Source: a virus (lineage: Duplodnaviria > Caudoviricetes). Taken from it: a stretch of DNA of 45,643 bases. The stretch spans positions 1 to 45,643 of the IMG/VR virus record IMGVR_UViG_3300049191_000027; one strand, written 5' to 3'. A program made the position numbers and the translations under genes. Under the pieces are notes generated by a model, which saw only the letters and a list, made by a program, of their open reading frames with translations, was not told where the DNA came from and ran no database searches. Positions 44,234-45,643 of the stretch are shown in pieces. Positions within the stretch are counted from its first letter, which is position 1. Each line of letters begins with the position of its first letter.

Positions 44234-45267
44234 ACAGACCAAAAGACCGCGCCAGTTCTGCCGGCCTGCTGCCGCGCATGGAAGCCCGGCCGTGGGCCGA
44301 TGGGGTTACCTGCACCTACCGGTACCACCCAGTCGGCAAGAAGCCTATCAACCTCGGGACGGATCGCGCCGAGGCGATGCGCAAGGTGCTGGAGATGAAC
44401 GGCCAAGCCGACGACAGCGGCACCATCTCGCGACTGTGGGAGCACTACAAGGCATCGCCGGAATGGGCCGCCCTGAAGGAGCGCACCCAAGCCGACTACG
44501 AGGACTACAGTGGCCCTCTGCTGGCGGTGTTCGGCTCCGTCCACGCCTCGTCCATCATGGCGCCGGATGTCGCCCGCTACCTGCGCACCGAGCGCAAAGA
44601 TGCGCCCATCCGGGCGAACCGAGAAGTCGCCCTGCTCGGCAACCTGATCGCACTGGCAATCGACCGCGGCGAGGCAACGGCGAACCCATGCCGCGGCGGA
44701 CAGGTCAAGCGCAACAAGGAACGCTCGCGCACCGCGGCGCCGCAGCGTGAGGACATCGACGCCTTGGTGGCCTACGCCGAGCAGAAGGGCGGGCAGTGGC
44801 GCATCGTGACCATGGCGGCAGAGTTCGCAGCGCTGGTCGGAAGTCGGCAGATCGAGTTCCTGAAGCTCGGCTGGCCTCAGTTCGGCACGGACGAGGTGCG
44901 CCTGCGTCGGGCGAAGCAGCGCAAGGGCGTGGAGAAGGTGGAGCGCATCACCGTGAGCCCGGCCCTGCTGGAGCTACGAGGAAGGCTTCAGGCCATCGCA
45001 AAGGATGGCAAGGTGGGCACCGTATTCCCGAACCGCCAGGGCAACCCGTACACGTCATCCGGGTTCGCCGCGATGTGGGGCAAGCTGATGCGCGAGGCCA
45101 TAGCCAAGAAGGTGATCGAGCGGCGCTTCACCTTCCACGACCTGCGCGCCCACTACACGACGCAGCACCAGGAGCAGACCGGCGCATTGCCGAACCTGCA
45201 CGCATCGCCGACGACTACGGCGAAGGTTTATGAACGCTCTGGCGTGGCCCGAAGGAAGGCACTATGA
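44230..45267 (+). CDS. int: tyrosine integrase
   Basis: Catalytic R (GSRQ), K, HDLR, H, Y (KVYE); adjacent to the att core. Confidence 0.92.
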   Translation: MNRPKDRASSAGLLPRMEARPWADGVTCTYRYHPVGKKPINLGTDRAEAMRKVLEMNGQADDSGTISRLWEHYKASPEWAALKERTQADYEDYSGPLLAVFGSVHASSIMAPDVARYLRTERKDAPIRANREVALLGNLIALAIDRGEATANPCRGGQVKRNKERSRTAAPQREDIDALVAYAEQKGGQWRIVTMAAEFAALVGSRQIEFLKLGWPQFGTDEVRLRRAKQRKGVEKVERITVSPALLELRGRLQAIAKDGKVGTVFPNRQGNPYTSSGFAAMWGKLMREAIAKKVIERRFTFHDLRAHYTTQHQEQTGALPNLHASPTTTAKVYERSGVARRKAL

Positions 45268-45473
45268 CTCCGCAGTGGAAGCTCGTGGCATGCATGACCT
45301 GCGACGCACTACCGGGCCAATCATGCGGACGCCGCAAACTCGGCGCGCCGGCAATCTGGCAGCGAGCGGCGCCACATGCATCACGCAAGAAGCTGGCCGG
45401 TATTCCCGCCGCGGGAATTTCGCGGGAATCAACCACTGTGCGGGCAACCAGTAAAGACGCCGCAAGTGATTGA
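45264..45473 (+). CDS. small Zn-finger protein
   Basis: VACMTCDALPGQSC...PHASR; ATGA overlap with int. Confidence 0.45.
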   Translation: MTPQWKLVACMTCDALPGQSCGRRKLGAPAIWQRAAPHASRKKLAGIPAAGISRESTTVRATSKDAASD

Positions 45474-45631
45474 TTTGATTGGTGGGCCCTGTAGGATTCG
45501 AACCTACGACCAACGGATTAAGAGTCCGCCACATGGATCAAGCATTGGCGCTGGCTGGCGGGACGTTCGTGGGAACGTTTGCTGCAATATTGAGCACGCA
45601 TTCATGCCGGTTCCGGCCGCGATATTCCCGT
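45402..45631. repeat. putative integrase arm-type sites
   Basis: ATTCCCG(C/T) or its reverse complement at 45402, 45411, 45422 and 45624, flanking the att core. Confidence 0.5.
45480..45529 (-). other. att core: 3' half of tRNA-Lys(CTT)
   Basis: GCGGA-CT-CTT-AA-TCCGT anticodon arm, GGTTCGAATCC T-arm and CCA end; no D-arm or 5' acceptor strand upstream. Confidence 0.85.
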
Positions 45632-45643
45632 GGCGTATCCTGC

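Larger units (their letters stand above)
1..45643. mobile_element. temperate P22-like phage genome (near complete)
   Basis: Packaging, head, tail, lysis, immunity, replication and integration modules all present; no host housekeeping genes seen. Confidence 0.92.

Noticed and set aside
45480-45560. Complete tRNA-Lys gene
   Set aside because: D-arm and 5' acceptor strand are missing; it is an att core only
1-45643. CRISPR array, diversity-generating retroelement, retron or invertible tail cassette
   Set aside because: No repeat-spacer array, reverse transcriptase or invertase seen

Overview
The window is essentially one ~45.6-kb temperate, P22-like (podovirus-type) dsDNA phage genome from a GC-rich proteobacterial host (Burkholderiales-like; inferred). 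Minus strand, right to left: cro/CII-like genes, replication genes, TerS/TerL, portal, a ~6-kb inserted block of putative head-decoration/carbohydrate-active proteins, scaffold, major capsid protein, a TPR-glycosyltransferase/GT/GT/methyltransferase cassette, adaptor and tail proteins, ejection proteins, two tail appendages, a lysis cassette interrupted by a DUF1996 gene, and a DEDD exonuclease. Plus strand: repressor, the PL early operon (lipoproteins, nucleotidyltransferase, ssDNA-annealing protein, NinB, a DpdA/TGT-like + nucleoside deoxyribosyltransferase + QueE-like trio), excisionase and tyrosine integrase, then a 3'-half tRNA-Lys(CTT) att core in attP configuration. Most interesting candidates: (1) a virion-glycosylation cassette with likely Ser/Thr-rich acceptors and an unannotated 24-aa repeat peptide; (2) a minimal, atypical 7-deazaguanine-type DNA-modification module; (3) short islands in core genes that appear synonymously recoded (TA-rich, lacking GATC/AGCT/TCGA/GAAG), possibly linked to (2); (4) DUF1996 in the lysis cassette; (5) a switch-like structured RNA upstream of a tail gene. 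All calls come from manual motif reading; no database searches were run.
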